The position numbers and the translations under genes were made by a program. This document shows positions 1 to 11,687 of a DNA stretch of 64,000 nucleotides, piece by piece. The stretch covers positions 688,533 through 752,532 of the forward strand of contig NW_005434668.1 in assembly GCF_000315625.1 (NCBI RefSeq). Direction: 5' to 3'. The DNA is from Guillardia theta CCMP2712. Lineage: Eukaryota > Protista > Cryptophyta. The notes under the pieces are model-generated. The model did no database searches. It had not been told where the DNA came from and saw only the letters and a list, made by a program, of their open reading frames with translations. How positions within the stretch are numbered: the stretch's first letter is position 1; every line of letters begins with the position of its first letter.

Positions 1-65
1 AGGGAGGGAGGGAGGGAGGGAGGGAGGGAAGGAGGGGGGGAGGGGAAGGGGAATGATGGAGGGAA

Positions 66-240
66 GGAATGTAAGAGATATGAGAGGTGTTGGGGGGAAG
101 GAGTCAAGGAGGGAGGGAGGGAGGGAATGTAATAGATAAGAGAGGTGTTGGGGGGAAGGAGTCAAGGAGGGAGGGAGGGAGGGAATGTAATAGATAAGAG
201 AGGTGTTGGGGGGAAGGAGTCAAGGAGGGAGGGAGGGAGG
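66..240. repeat. Purine-rich minisatellite, about 3 copies of a ~58-bp unit (GGAATGTAATAGATAAGAGAGGTGTTGGGGGGAAGGAGTCAAGGAGGGAGGGAG), probably intronic
   Basis: Three near-identical tandem units visible directly, embedded in (GGGA)n tracts just upstream of an acceptor (tctcag at ~274). Confidence 0.8.
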
Positions 241-274
241 GAGGGTTTTGCGACATGATCTAAACTTGTCTCAG

Positions 275-2642
275 AGTTTCAGCATGACCAGCGCGTTTCT
301 TGCTTCTGTGGGTTCAGATTCAGCGTACAGCTTCAACTCTCTTCGCTCATCAGTATCTCTACGCAAATCATTCAGCAGAGAAGGTCCTGTCTTATCCTTT
401 GGAGCCCCTCTAAAGTTTTCTCTTAGGATCCGAAATTTACCAAGGGCGTGTGGGAAGGCTGGAGGTGGAGGAAATCTCGGCGATCTTCCGGTGAGAGGCA
501 GGAAGATTGGATCGCTGGGCTGACTGATTTTGACCAGAAAGCTTGACCTTGACAAGGATGGAAGAGTAAGCGACGGGGAGCTGGTGCGAGGGATGAAGCA
601 CACACCTCAAGTCGCCATTAGGTCCTGCGCCTTGCTGCCCTCTTGCCTCACTTGCCCTATCAGATTTCTGCAGAGCGACAATCCTGTCCTGCGAGTGCTG
701 GCAGACAAAGTGAGAAAGCGATGTCAGACTCAAGCGTTCAGACGTGTTGCATGTTGAAGGAGGAGAGCGATTTAGTTGTAATGATAAGGATGATTGCCAT
801 GGCTGTACAATGCCTATGACTGTGATGGTGATGACGATGATCATGTTGACAACGGTGTCGATGCCGATGATGCCCATGTATGCGTGTTAGTCTCACGTCG
901 TGAGGGAATAGACGTGGATAAGGTTCAAGGCCTGTTTTGTTCTTATTCTATTTGATGTAAGGCAAGCGAAGGGAAGCTAAGCGCGGATGGTCTTGAGAGT
1001 TTTACCTTGCAAGATTTTACGGATCTGTGCAGCAAGACGAGCGATCGGTTCTGACATGTCTGCTTCACCTGCTGTCCTTGACGAGCAGCAGGAGTCAAGT
1101 CTGCGTGAGGTTCATCGGGAGACATGGGCTTGACGAACAAGTTTGCTTCATCCCTTCGGTATGGCCTCCCTCATTGCCACGCCCCCCTCTCACATTCCCG
1201 GCTTTTCCTTGATCTTTTGTCGCCTGCTTCTTTCCATGCCCCACTTCGACAGTCTCTTCTTCTCCTTCCTTGCCTTGCTTCCCTCGCTCCACCATCCATC
1301 ATTGATACGAGAGCAGATGACTAGCTCCGCTAGCTTTTCTCGGTTCCAAGCGACGACAGTTCCATACGATCCGACGGGAGTGGAGGATCAAGTTCGAGAC
1401 AGAAGCCTGGCAAGCAAGGACTTCAACGACGGACAAGGACAGGAGAAGGACCTGGCGGTTCGAATGCTAGCAAGCAAGCAACATGAGCTTGTCACAAGGT
1501 TGCAAGGGGCCGTGAGGGACGGAGAAAGAGACGCGCTGCGTATCAAGAAGCTGGAGGAAGCGCTCTCAGCCGAGGCTGAAGCCCGACGGGATCTCGAAGT
1601 GCACCTGAGGACGGCACACAAGCTGGAGATGGAGAGGGTCATGGCAACACACTCGAACGAAGAGGCGAAGCTGCGAGAGGTCATGAATGTGGAGATGGAG
1701 GAAATGGTTGCTGCGTATGAGGTGCAGCTCGCGGATATTAGGACGAGCAGTGCGGAAGAAATCAAAGAGCTAAGAACAGCAGCGGAAGCGAAAGTTGCGA
1801 GCTTGGAGAGCCAGGTTGAGGAACTGAAGAAGAAACTGGAGGAGGAGGTGACATCGCTAGCGGCCGCAAACGAAGCGCTCGAGAAGGTCAGGGATGAGAA
1901 GGCCAAGTTGGAGGACGACAAAGCGATCAAAGGGCGGGCTATCAGTCAGCTGCAGGAGGCAGAGAAGCTTCTGAAAGCAACAGTCTCTGACTTGTCACAA
2001 GAGGCAGAAAAATTGAAGAGAATCAGCGAGGAGCAGAAGTTGGAGCTTGAGCAGCTAGAACAGCAGCTAGAGCAAGAGAGGAAGGAAAGCGCGATGCTGG
2101 CGCAAAGACTGCAGGATGTGTCGCAGGCGTACGAGACTTTCGGCGAGAGGCGGAAGGAGCTTGAGCAGGTGATCGCCAGTCACGAGGAAGTTGAGGACAG
2201 GAAGGATGCAGCTGTATCGGAGGCGCTCAAGATCGCGCGCGAGGCGATCGGGGAGCGAGACGAGCTGGCGAGGAAGCATCGGTCGATCCTGGCTGAGCTC
2301 AAGGTGCAAGTGAACATCAGCAAAGCCAAGGATGGAGTGCTGACCCTCGAGGCTCTTCGCCGAGTCGTCGAAGTGATCGGAGAAGACGTGGGGAACCCTG
2401 ACGACTCGCTGATGCTGCGATGTGAGGAGATACAGGAAGCCAGGGAAGAGAAGCTCGAAGAGCTTCAGGTCAGCACGAGGACCGAAGATCAGGCAGAGGA
2501 GGAAGAGATTCTGCCATCAGGAGCTGACACGGTGACGTTATCGGACCCTCAGGACGAGGGGGACGAGTCTGCAGGAGTGAAAGCATCCTCCGCTACCAGA
2601 AGAACCTTCGGAAGGTTTCACGCTACTTCGCGATCGACTTAA
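275..2642 (+). CDS. EF-hand plus long coiled-coil protein, multi-exon, 5' end probably outside the window
   Basis: Spliced exons read EISAIFR/KLDLDKDGRVSDGELVRGM (canonical EF-hand loop). They join to the large E/K/A-rich heptad ORF 1143-2642 that ends in TAA. Confidence 0.65.
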
Positions 2643-2780
2643 CCTTTCATCGACATGACTTATAAGAGCGTAGGCGGGGTCAAGTGAGTAGCTGTTTATT
2701 GTTAAAGTCCTCCCCCACCCCTTGCCATCCTCCCCGACATGTCTTCTGCCTCTGCTTCACCTGGGCTCTTCCTCGTCCTC

Positions 2781-3783
2781 TCATCGCAGGTGGTTGGCCT
2801 TGACCTGCACCAGGAACGGATGCATCAGGCTGTCGGCAGCTGAGATTCTTTCCTCAGGGTTGCGGGCGATGGCGCGGAGGATGAGGTCTCGGCAGGTGCT
2901 GGAAAGGGTCGGAGGGATGTCGGGGAGATGGTCGGTGGAGGCGATCTCGTAGAGCAGCGAGAACTTGTTGGTCGCCGCCTTCCATGGATGAGTCCCCGTC
3001 GCCATCTCAATCATGGTCATGCCCATGGACCAGCAGTCTGCTGCTCGCCCGTACCTCTCCTGCTTGATCACCTCCGGCGCCATCCAGTACGGTGTTCCTC
3101 GCATCGAGCAAGTGTCCGCGTTCTCTGTCATCGTCCCTCGCAGCTGTGCCGACGCGCCGAAGTCAGCGATCTTGATCACTCCGTTGGCCGCAACTAGCCT
3201 GAGCTTGAAACTTCAAAAAGATGAAAGAGGGGATGAAGAGGAGGAGAAGTGAGGGGCAAGAGTGGAAGAAGGGGTAGAAGCAGCAAGTGAGAGGCTCACA
3301 GGTTGGCTCCCTTGATATCACGATGCATGACCGCATGGGAATGGATGAAGGCCAACCCCTCCGCTACCTGCCGCGTATACTGAGCGACCACAGGCTCGGG
3401 GAAGCCCCCGAAGGACTGGCAGAGAGAAGCGACGGAGCCACCAGGGCAGAACTCCATGAAGATGCTGAGGCTCGAGTCCATCTGGTGTGTCCCGATGTAC
3501 TGCACGATGTGCGCATGCTTGAGGGAGCGAAGAAGCATGACTTCGTTCTTGATCTCTTGCTGCTCCTCCTCCGTGATGTTCTGCAGGTCGACACACTTCA
3601 CCGCCATCAGCTCGCCCGTCAGCAGGTTCATCGCCTGGTAGACCTTCCCAAACGCTCCCTTGCCCACCAGATCTCCAACTTTGAACTGAAACGTGGGACC
3701 TGGCTGAGCCGCTGGCTGGGGAGCGGAAGGAGTCTGCTCGGCTAGGCTGTAGCGTAAAGTTTCTCCTCGTTCGAACGGATGCA

Positions 3784-3836
<53 letters not shown>

Positions 3837-4382
3837 TCTCCTCCTCCTCCTCTTCTCCCGACTCCACGCTTTCGGACAGACTGACCGGGCAAACTAGAGT
3901 CGGGAAGCGGCGCGACAAAAGATTTGTTGGCAGGAAGAGGAAGAGGGGGGACGGGCAGGGAGACAGGCGGAAGGTCAGAAGCGATGCTACTGTCTCTCCG
4001 CTCCATCTTGTTGGCGAGTTGGACTCGGACGCTGCCGCTTTCTTGCTCTGTCTTGTTCCGCAAGGAGTACCACTTGTCGCTCCTCTCTGTTGCTCTCAGC
4101 TCTACCACAGGGATCTGCACGCGCCCGAGGGCCTCGGCCCCGATCATTCTGACAGCGAAGATGCTGATCTCGAGGCAGGCAGCAGGCTTGAGCTCGAGCA
4201 GAGGCAGCTCTGCTTGCCCCATCCGCCACTTGGGCGCGTTGCTCCTCCTGCACGTCTCCGTCTTGACAAGCTGCACCACAGACTTCCTCTCCCCCCTGGG
4301 ACTGAAGGCAAACTTCTTCACTATTACTCCCTCCGGTAGGAAAGAAACGGTGCAGTAGGCATCGCAGACCTTGGGTAGTCCT
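2781..4382 (-). CDS. STE11/MEKK-family (MAP3K-like) Ser/Thr kinase with an N-terminal C2 domain; upstream exons unresolved (may extend to ~5160)
   Basis: Kinase motifs GKGAFGKVY, MAVK, HRDIKGAN(intron)LLVAANGVIKIADFG and GTPYWMAPEV. C2-like segment GLPKVCDAYCTV...APKW...LEISIF...LGRVQIPV...KWYSL...GSVRVQL. Confidence 0.85.
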
Positions 4383-5309
4383 GCTAGATAGTCAAAGAGG
4401 AAAGGAAGACGAAGTAGAAGCTGCGGTTAGTCTCTGTGTTGTTAGTATCATGTCAGCAGTGGGTTGCGAAAAGTGTGTGTGTGAGAGGGAGAACAACCTA
4501 AAGCTTCCACGATGTTGATGCTTATTGAATCTTCTGCCCCCTCCCTGCCACATCAAGTTGATCAATGCCTCCTCTCCTCTTATCCCCTCCTCCTCCCCTC
4601 CTCCTCCCCTCCTCCTCCCCTTCCTCCTCCCCTCCTCCTCCCCTTCCTCCTCCCCTTCCTCCTCCCCTTCCTCCCCCCCTCCTCCTCCCCTTCCTCCTCT
4701 CTCCTCCTCATCCTCCTCCTCCCCTTCCTCCTCTCTCCTCCTCCTCCTCTCTCCTCCCCTTCCTCCTCTCTCCTCCTCATCCTCTGCTTCGCCTTCATCA
4801 CTTACATCGTTCTCAAGCCATGGCAGTTGACTGAGGGTCAAGAAGAGGAAAAAACAGAAAAAAAATATTTTTTTCTTTGAAACTCTGAGGCAGACCCACT
4901 TCGTGTTTTCCTCGGGCAGGCGTGATGGGCGTGTAGCTACATAGCGGGGGAGAAGGGAAGGGGCCGAGGCTTGGAGGGGAGAGAAGGGCAGGAGGACACA
5001 GAGAGAAGAAGATAGAAGAAGAAAAGAGAACAAGAGAACAAGAGAACAAGAGCAAAGCAACCGGAAGAAGGGAGCAGAAGTGAAGAAGGCGATGATACAA
5101 GACAAGGATTGACACGTGGAGAATGGAAGAGGAAAGAATCGATTTGAGATAACTCATCGAGAAGAACGCGGGGGCGATGGAAGAGAAGGACAAAGACTGT
5201 GAAGTACAAAAGGAGAGGGATGATAGCATTGGAATTGTGAACAAGATCGCAAGGGTAACTGAACCTTCCTTGCCTTTCATAGGTATTGCCTTTTGATCTT
5301 TAGCTTCAC

Positions 5310-6902
5310 ATGCGCAGGGCTGGTGGGGTCAGGATGTCTTCATCGATGAGGTGGTTCTTGCTGCTTCTTATAGAGTCCAGCATGTGCTTCAAGTTCGTCT
5401 ACATTCCCTGTGAACCCGGCATGCCGATGGAAGAATGGGAGCTGTTCCCCAAGAAAGGCGACGACGAGATTAGCTGCTTGACTGTGCATCTTCAGAAATG
5501 GTTCAGCAAGAGCGGACGTTTGTCTGATGACCAGAAGGCTCAACTGAAGGAGCAAGTCAAGCTCCATGCCCAAAAGAAAAACTTGACAGTAGACAACGTG
5601 TTCGAAAACTCAACCATCTCCGATGACATCTTACAAACTGAGAGTGTTGAAATCATCACCCTCCTTCCTCCCATGCAAGAGCATGGGTACGTGTCAGGTT
5701 GCTTGCTTACATCCTACCCTAATCAAGACTGACGTTTCAATGTCAGTGTCCATGTATGTGGACGACAAAGGGCTCGTTCGCAACTTGCTACAGAATGATC
5801 GAGCTAGTGGGTTGATGGAGTCTCTGACGAGCAGGAGGGGGCCCGTGCTCGGAGATGCCTTTTTAGGAAGATGTTATGACAACGAGCAAGACACGTTCAA
5901 GCGGTTAGACTTCCTTCTCACAGACGTTTCCTCGTCGGCAGGTTGGGCCAAGATATGCCTGGAGCAAAAGAAGTCAGCTGTGATCAATCATGAGAGGATG
6001 AAGGAACATTTCAAACAGTTGACCACTAGCAAGGTTCCGAAAGAACAAGAAGAGACAGCAGATGATAAGCTAGATGACGACTTGCGGAGCGACCTGCAGC
6101 AGTCGTTGGAAGATGAGAATGATGTGCTGAAGCGAGACGGATATGCCTCGTTCCCTGCTAGAAACGAACCCATCCCTTGCAGCGATGAAGAATGTTTTCG
6201 CATTTACCAAGAAATCAAAGGGCTTGGTCACGAGAGCCTCAAAAACAGAATCTATGACCTTGCGCTCCGACGATACCAGAAGGCCAAGCGCTACCTGATG
6301 CACAGACGTCATCTCAACGAGAATGCGATCAAGTCTATCTCAGAGAAGACATGGACTGAAAACCTTGTCTCTTGTGATCTCAACATCGCTCTGGCTGGGT
6401 TGAAGCTCGGAAGGAGCAGAACGTGCGAGAAAGCTTGCAAGTCTGCGTTGCAGTTGGATCCCAAGAACGTGAAGGCCTTGTACCGCATGGGCCTTTCGCT
6501 CAAAGGTCGAGGCGAGTACCGGCAAGCTCAGGAATTCTTCAACAAGTGTCTGGCGCTCTCGCCTAACCCAGCGGCGAAGGAAGCAATACAAGCCTGTATG
6601 AGAGAAGAGAAGTGAGACTAAATCATGCTTCGTTGCTTTACTGACGTCACGGGGTAGGATGGCGTCGAAGGCTGCTTCCGACTTCGCGACCAAGGTATGG
6701 GAGGCAACGGCGGGAGGAGAGGAACTGACAAGAATGCAGATCTTCTCCAAGGGGCTCGGCTCGTTCTATCCTGGTATGTCATGGACAACCATGTGCACCC
6801 TTGTCACCAGTGAAAGCAGATGCCAAACCCGCTGAGGAAGAAGGAAAGGAGGAAGAGCCTCCAGCCTTGGGTGCGTCGCCATTGACCCCTGCGACTAGCT
6901 GA
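5310..6902 (+). CDS. TPR co-chaperone (Cyp40/FKBP-type TPR) with an uncharacterised N-terminal domain
   Basis: TPR helices EIKGLGHESLK...ALRRYQKAKRYL, CDLNIALAGLKL and ALQLDPKNVKALYRMG. Short 3' exons splice in frame to give MASKAASDFATK/IFSKGLGSFYP. Confidence 0.75.
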
Positions 6903-7094
6903 CTTTGAAACAGAAGAGGACAAACAAGGGGACGAAGAGAACAAAGACGACAATTGCGAGTGCTGCCCAACAGACAGTGCTGCCCTATGATGAGAGAGGA
7001 GTATGAAAGGCTGATAAGGCGAAATACGTTCACTTGTGAATGAATTTACTCATTTCAAAGACTTCACTCTGTACCTGAGGATATCAAAAAACAG

Positions 7095-7967
7095 TCAGCA
7101 AAGAAGTTGAAAGTCGTCAACAAGCACTTGATTGTAGTCTGATGATGTGTCAGGGTTGAAGCCACTGTTCTTGTAGAAGGCGAGGGCGTTCTGAAACAAG
7201 TAGCGCGTCAGTCTTAGATTGTTTCTTCCTCTCTCACCGTGTTGTATCGGAAGACACAGAGCATGACTGAGTCCATCTTCATGGCTGGGGGGCGACAAGT
7301 CAGCGACGTCTCCTCCCCTCGTCTCGTTCTTCCATTGCCTGAGGCATTCGAACAAAGCAAGTCGAGCAGCAATCTGCCGATTCCTCTCCGTTGAAAATCA
7401 TTTTCCACCTGGTCAGGCTGGTGATGGCAGGCGACATGAAGGCTCGTCAGCCTCACCTGGAGCTCCAGGACGTACAAGCTCGCGAAGGGAACTTGCGTCC
7501 TCTCGTCCTCCAGCACCTCAAACTGATAATGCGCGAAGGCGACTAGCCTGCCGTGCACCTGCAGGGAGTTTGAGGGTCAGGCAGCAGGGCGAGAATGAGG
7601 AGCTTACTGTCGCAATCAAGAAGCGGGAGGGAGGGCTATCAAAGGCTAGCCGCTTGTCCACGTCACTCCAACCCCAGCTAGAGCGTTCATACATCTCCTT
7701 CATATTCCTCTTGGTCAGAGCAAACAGCTCGTCCACGTCCGCCGGCTTCAACTCATCTCTTCGATATGAATGTACCACGACGCCGGCGTCCCTGCTGACC
7801 GGATGCCTAAGGACACCTACATCCCAGAGCGCGTGCTTGCCGTCGCTTATGCGGGCGGCAAAGACCCGCTCCTCTGCGCTATCTCGGTGATGGACGAGGG
7901 CAGCCTCTCCGAATGGAGCTCTCCTCGCCCTCGACACAGCAAGACCCGACTGAAAGAATCCGCCCAT
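7095..7967 (-). CDS. NAA40: N-alpha-acetyltransferase 40 (NatD)-like GNAT acetyltransferase
   Basis: LFALTKRNMKEMYERSSWGWSD..K, LVAFAHYQFE, LYVLELQV...QRRGIG (acetyl-CoA motif A), VMLCVFRYN/NALAFY, spread over about 5 exons. Confidence 0.85.
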
Positions 7968-8169
7968 GCCCCTCCTCATTCGCCATTGAGCCACCACAGG
8001 GAGATTCACTAAAGCATGCGAGAGGTCGGAGAGAAAGAGAATGAAACACACGACAAACAACACAAATCCCATGATGATATGTTCTTGGTCTGATCCCCTC
8101 GCCTGATCCCCTCTTTTTCCCTCCTCCTCTCTCCTCCTCCTCTCTCTCGCCTCCTCTCTCCTCCTCCTC

Positions 8170-8170
8170 C

Positions 8171-8242
<72 letters not shown>
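8170..8242. repeat. (CTGT)n microsatellite
   Basis: About 18 perfect tetranucleotide units. Confidence 0.95.
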
Positions 8243-8243
<1 letters not shown>

Positions 8244-8889
8244 CGCCTCCTCCTCCTCAAACCTTGACGTCCCCCTCCCCCCCCGCTCCCCTGCTCCCCC
8301 AGTGCTCCTGCCTCCGGACTTAATTTCTTTTTTTTCTTTTTTCTTTTCTTTTTTCTTCTTTTTTTTTATATGAAAGTTGCCGCGATGTTGGGTACGGAAC
8401 CCTAAGATGGTAGGGGTACTTGAATGGGAAACTCAGGGTGGTGGTTTCTAGGGGATTCGCTAGGGTAGTGGCAGTGGATAGGTGGGTGGGGTGGGGTGGG
8501 GTGGATATTCGGAGATGACAAGGGTCAAGGCCACTACTAAAATGAAGGACACTGGGAATGCGAGGAGAGGGGAGGGAGAGGGGAGGGAGAGGCACCTGAG
8601 GGGAGGGAGAGGGGAGGGAGAGGCACCTGAGGGGAGGGAGAGGTGAGGGAGAGGGAGTGAGGAGGGGAAGAGAGCGACGTGATGACATCGATGGAGAGAG
8701 AAGGGGAGAGGAGGGAGGAAGAGAAAGATGGGTCTGAGACTGAGAGGAAGTGAGAGGCTCACTGAGGAGCAGAGGGGATCAAGTAGGTTGAGAGTGGGAG
8801 GTTGTGGCAAGAAAAACTCGAGGAACCGAAGGGAAAGCAGACAGGAGATTATGAATGCGTTATACTGACATGGATGGCGTTGACAGATA

Positions 8890-9958
8890 GAGGAAGCTCC
8901 CTTCAAGTGCCATGTAACTTCGAACATCTTCAGGTTGCTCAGCTCTGAGCTTCATTGCAGGTCGCAACCATGGCTGAACTTGAACATGGTGAATGGGATT
9001 CATCTTGCTGCTCTGCCCTACAACCAAGGTACCCTCTCTCTTCACGCGTTCATGCTTCTCATTGCTGCTCGCCAAGGATCTCCTAGGGACGGCGTCATCC
9101 ATGAAGCGCCTGGGGTGAAGTTTGTTCTGGTCTGCTCCTACACCTGTTGATCTTGCTGGGGGTCAGGAGCTCATTGCGGGATCGATTCCACTGCCGCACG
9201 TCCCCAATGTCGGTCTGCACGCCATGAATCAAGATGGGATGATAGGCAAGCAGTCGGAGCTTCACCTGTCACTGACCCTGACCCCTCACTTGCTTCAGCT
9301 CATTACCACGCTTTCCCCCCATCCTTGATTCACTTTCCCAACTCAGCACCGCAGCCGCCGCCCCTGGTGACCCTTTGGCTGTCCTCCTTTTGCCCATAGT
9401 GAGCATTTCTACCAGCATCCTGCAGCCATCAGCAGGCAAGTCGAAGCACAAGCAGCTGGTCCAGCTGAAGACATCGGGTACAGTCGTCTCGCGACAGACC
9501 TGCTCCTTGATCAACTTGTTTGCACTGCAGGGAGCAGGGAAGGCGATGGGGAGCAGAGCAGAAGTTCACCAAGGAGAAGGTGGGGGATAGGGCGAGGAAA
9601 GAGGCAGTAACGTCGGATCAGATGCGCGAGTTGGATGAGTTCATGAAGCTGATTGAGTTGACGTACATCCAACGGCAGCAGATCAGAGGTAAGCGCTGCT
9701 TCTCCTGCCTCTCCTGATGGCGTCAAGGTCGCGAGGTCATGGCGGAGGGATCCTACGGGCTCATCTACGAAGCCTTCTTTGACAGGTCGCCGGTTGTGGT
9801 CAAGGAAGCCTCGACCGTCTCAGGTCTGTCCTGCTGCTCCACGCGCGGAGGTCTGAGAGCTGGCAGGACCGACATTCAGCGATAAGATGCATGAGATCTT
9901 CCTGGAGCTGAATGTTCTCGTGCGCGTCAGACATCCGTACATCATCAACTTTTGGTCT

Positions 9959-10016
<58 letters not shown>

Positions 10017-11687
10017 CCCCTCGCCCCCCCTCCTCCTCGCCTCACAACTTGAGCAGGGGGACAGTGGCAGAGTTTCCGCACAGTGCAAACCAAGTCTCGC
10101 AGCCCTACGTGGGGCTCGTGTTTGAGGTCTCAAGCTCGCTCCTCCTCCTCCTCCTCCTTCTCCTTTTTCTCTCTACTCCTTCTCCTTTTTCTCTCTGCTG
10201 CTCTGGTTGCTCTCACTCTCTTGCCTCCATCAGTTGTGCTCCAACGGAAATCTGCACAACATGCTGCACACGCGCTCGAATCTGAGGTGAAGTTTCCCAC
10301 TCCACTCCTCCTCCTCCTCCCCCTCCCCTCCTCCTCCCTCCTCGTCCTGCAGGTGATCGAGTGTAACAGGTTGACCACCTCCGACAAGGTCAGGATTGCA
10401 AACCAGGTGGCGCATGGCCTGCAGTATTTGCACACACGGTAGGGGCGGGAGAAATTGGAAAAGTGGGAGAGGCGGAGGGAAGATGTGATCAAGTGTGGAG
10501 AGGAGGAGGAGGAGGAGGAGGAGAAAACATCATGGGGATGCGGTTGAAATGACGTCGAGCTGCAGGAGCAGAGATGAGAATTGTGCTATCATTCACAGGA
10601 ACATCACTTCGAACAACATCCTGCTGACCTCATCCTTACACGCCAAGATCGCCGACTTCGGGACAGCTCGGTGAGAAGTGAGGGGAGGGATATGAAGGAA
10701 AGAGCGATGAGAGTGAAGTAGTCGCTCTGATAGGTGTCGTAGTCGATTATGATGAGGGTATTCGTGTGGCGGTCATGTTATCGTAATCATCAGAGAGGAG
10801 AGGAGAGGAGAGGAGAGGAGAGGAGAGGAGGGGAGGGGAGAGGAGAGGAGAGGAGAGGAGGGGAGGGGAGGGGAGGGGAGGGGAGAGGAGAGGAGAGGAG
10901 AGGAGAGGAGAGGAGGGGGAGGAGCTCCTGAAATTTTCTCAGCTTAGTGATCCACGAGAGGCTCAAGACAACTTCTTAGTTGGGGACTCCTGCTTACATG
11001 GCCCCCGAGCAACTGATAGGAGAAGATCTCACCTGTGCCGGTAGGAGGCACACTAGGGAGAGAGGGAGGGAGGGAGGAAGGGAGGGAGGGAGGGAGGGAG
11101 GGAGGTAGACGAGGGAGATTTCTTCTCCTGCTGACAACACGAGCAGTGGACGTGTGGAGTCTGGCGATTGTGATGTGGGAGATGATGATGGAAGCGCTGC
11201 CTTGGGGGCCCGGCCGTCACACCATCTCCGAGATGATCAACAAGCTCATTGACAAGTCATTATCCTCCTCTCCTTGTTCTCCTCTATTCCCACCTCTCCT
11301 CTCCCTTTCTCTGACCCAAGGACAGGGGAGAGGCACTGGAGCTCTCGAGTACCGTGGAGAAGAACTTCCCGGAGGCGATGGTGGCGATAGTGCGACGATC
11401 GCTGAAGCTCAAGGTGAGGAGGAGCGACGCGACGAGAATCTGACAAGCTGCCAGCCTGAAGAAAGACCGACGATGAATGTCGTTGCAGGTGAGGAGGGGG
11501 AGAGGAGCAAGAGGAGGAGGGGGGAAGCAAGACGGGGGGGGAAGGGGAAGCAGAAGGGGGTTGTGGGACTTGGGCATGGAGAGGAGCGCTGAGTGGAGAC
11601 CAGGGGAGCTGGACAGGGTATGGAAGGAGAGGAGCAGAGGGCTATAGGGTCGCTCGTGACCTTGCTAAGGGCTGTACGTCCACTTGA
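8890..11687 (+). pseudogene. TKL-group kinase-like gene, likely pseudokinase or decaying (HRN instead of HRD; in-frame TAG in the activation segment)
   Basis: Spliced reading AEGSYGLIY, VVVK, VRHPYIINFW, HRNITSNNILL, KIADFGTAR, LKTTS*LGTPAYMAPE, VDVWSLAIVMWE, PEERPTM. Confidence 0.7.
10792..10920. repeat. (GAGAG/GGGAG)n polypurine microsatellite in a kinase intron
   Basis: Direct pentamer repeat. Confidence 0.9.

Noticed and set aside
4512-5105. Pro/Ser- or Glu/Gly-rich ORFs
   Set aside because: They derive from polypurine/polypyrimidine low-complexity tracts that lack stops by composition.
10977-10979. Genome-wide TAG reassignment
   Set aside because: TAG is used as a normal terminator at expected ends (FKBP 27091-27093, beta-helix 32432-32434, PfkB 11665-11667), and I saw no other internal TAG in conserved exons.
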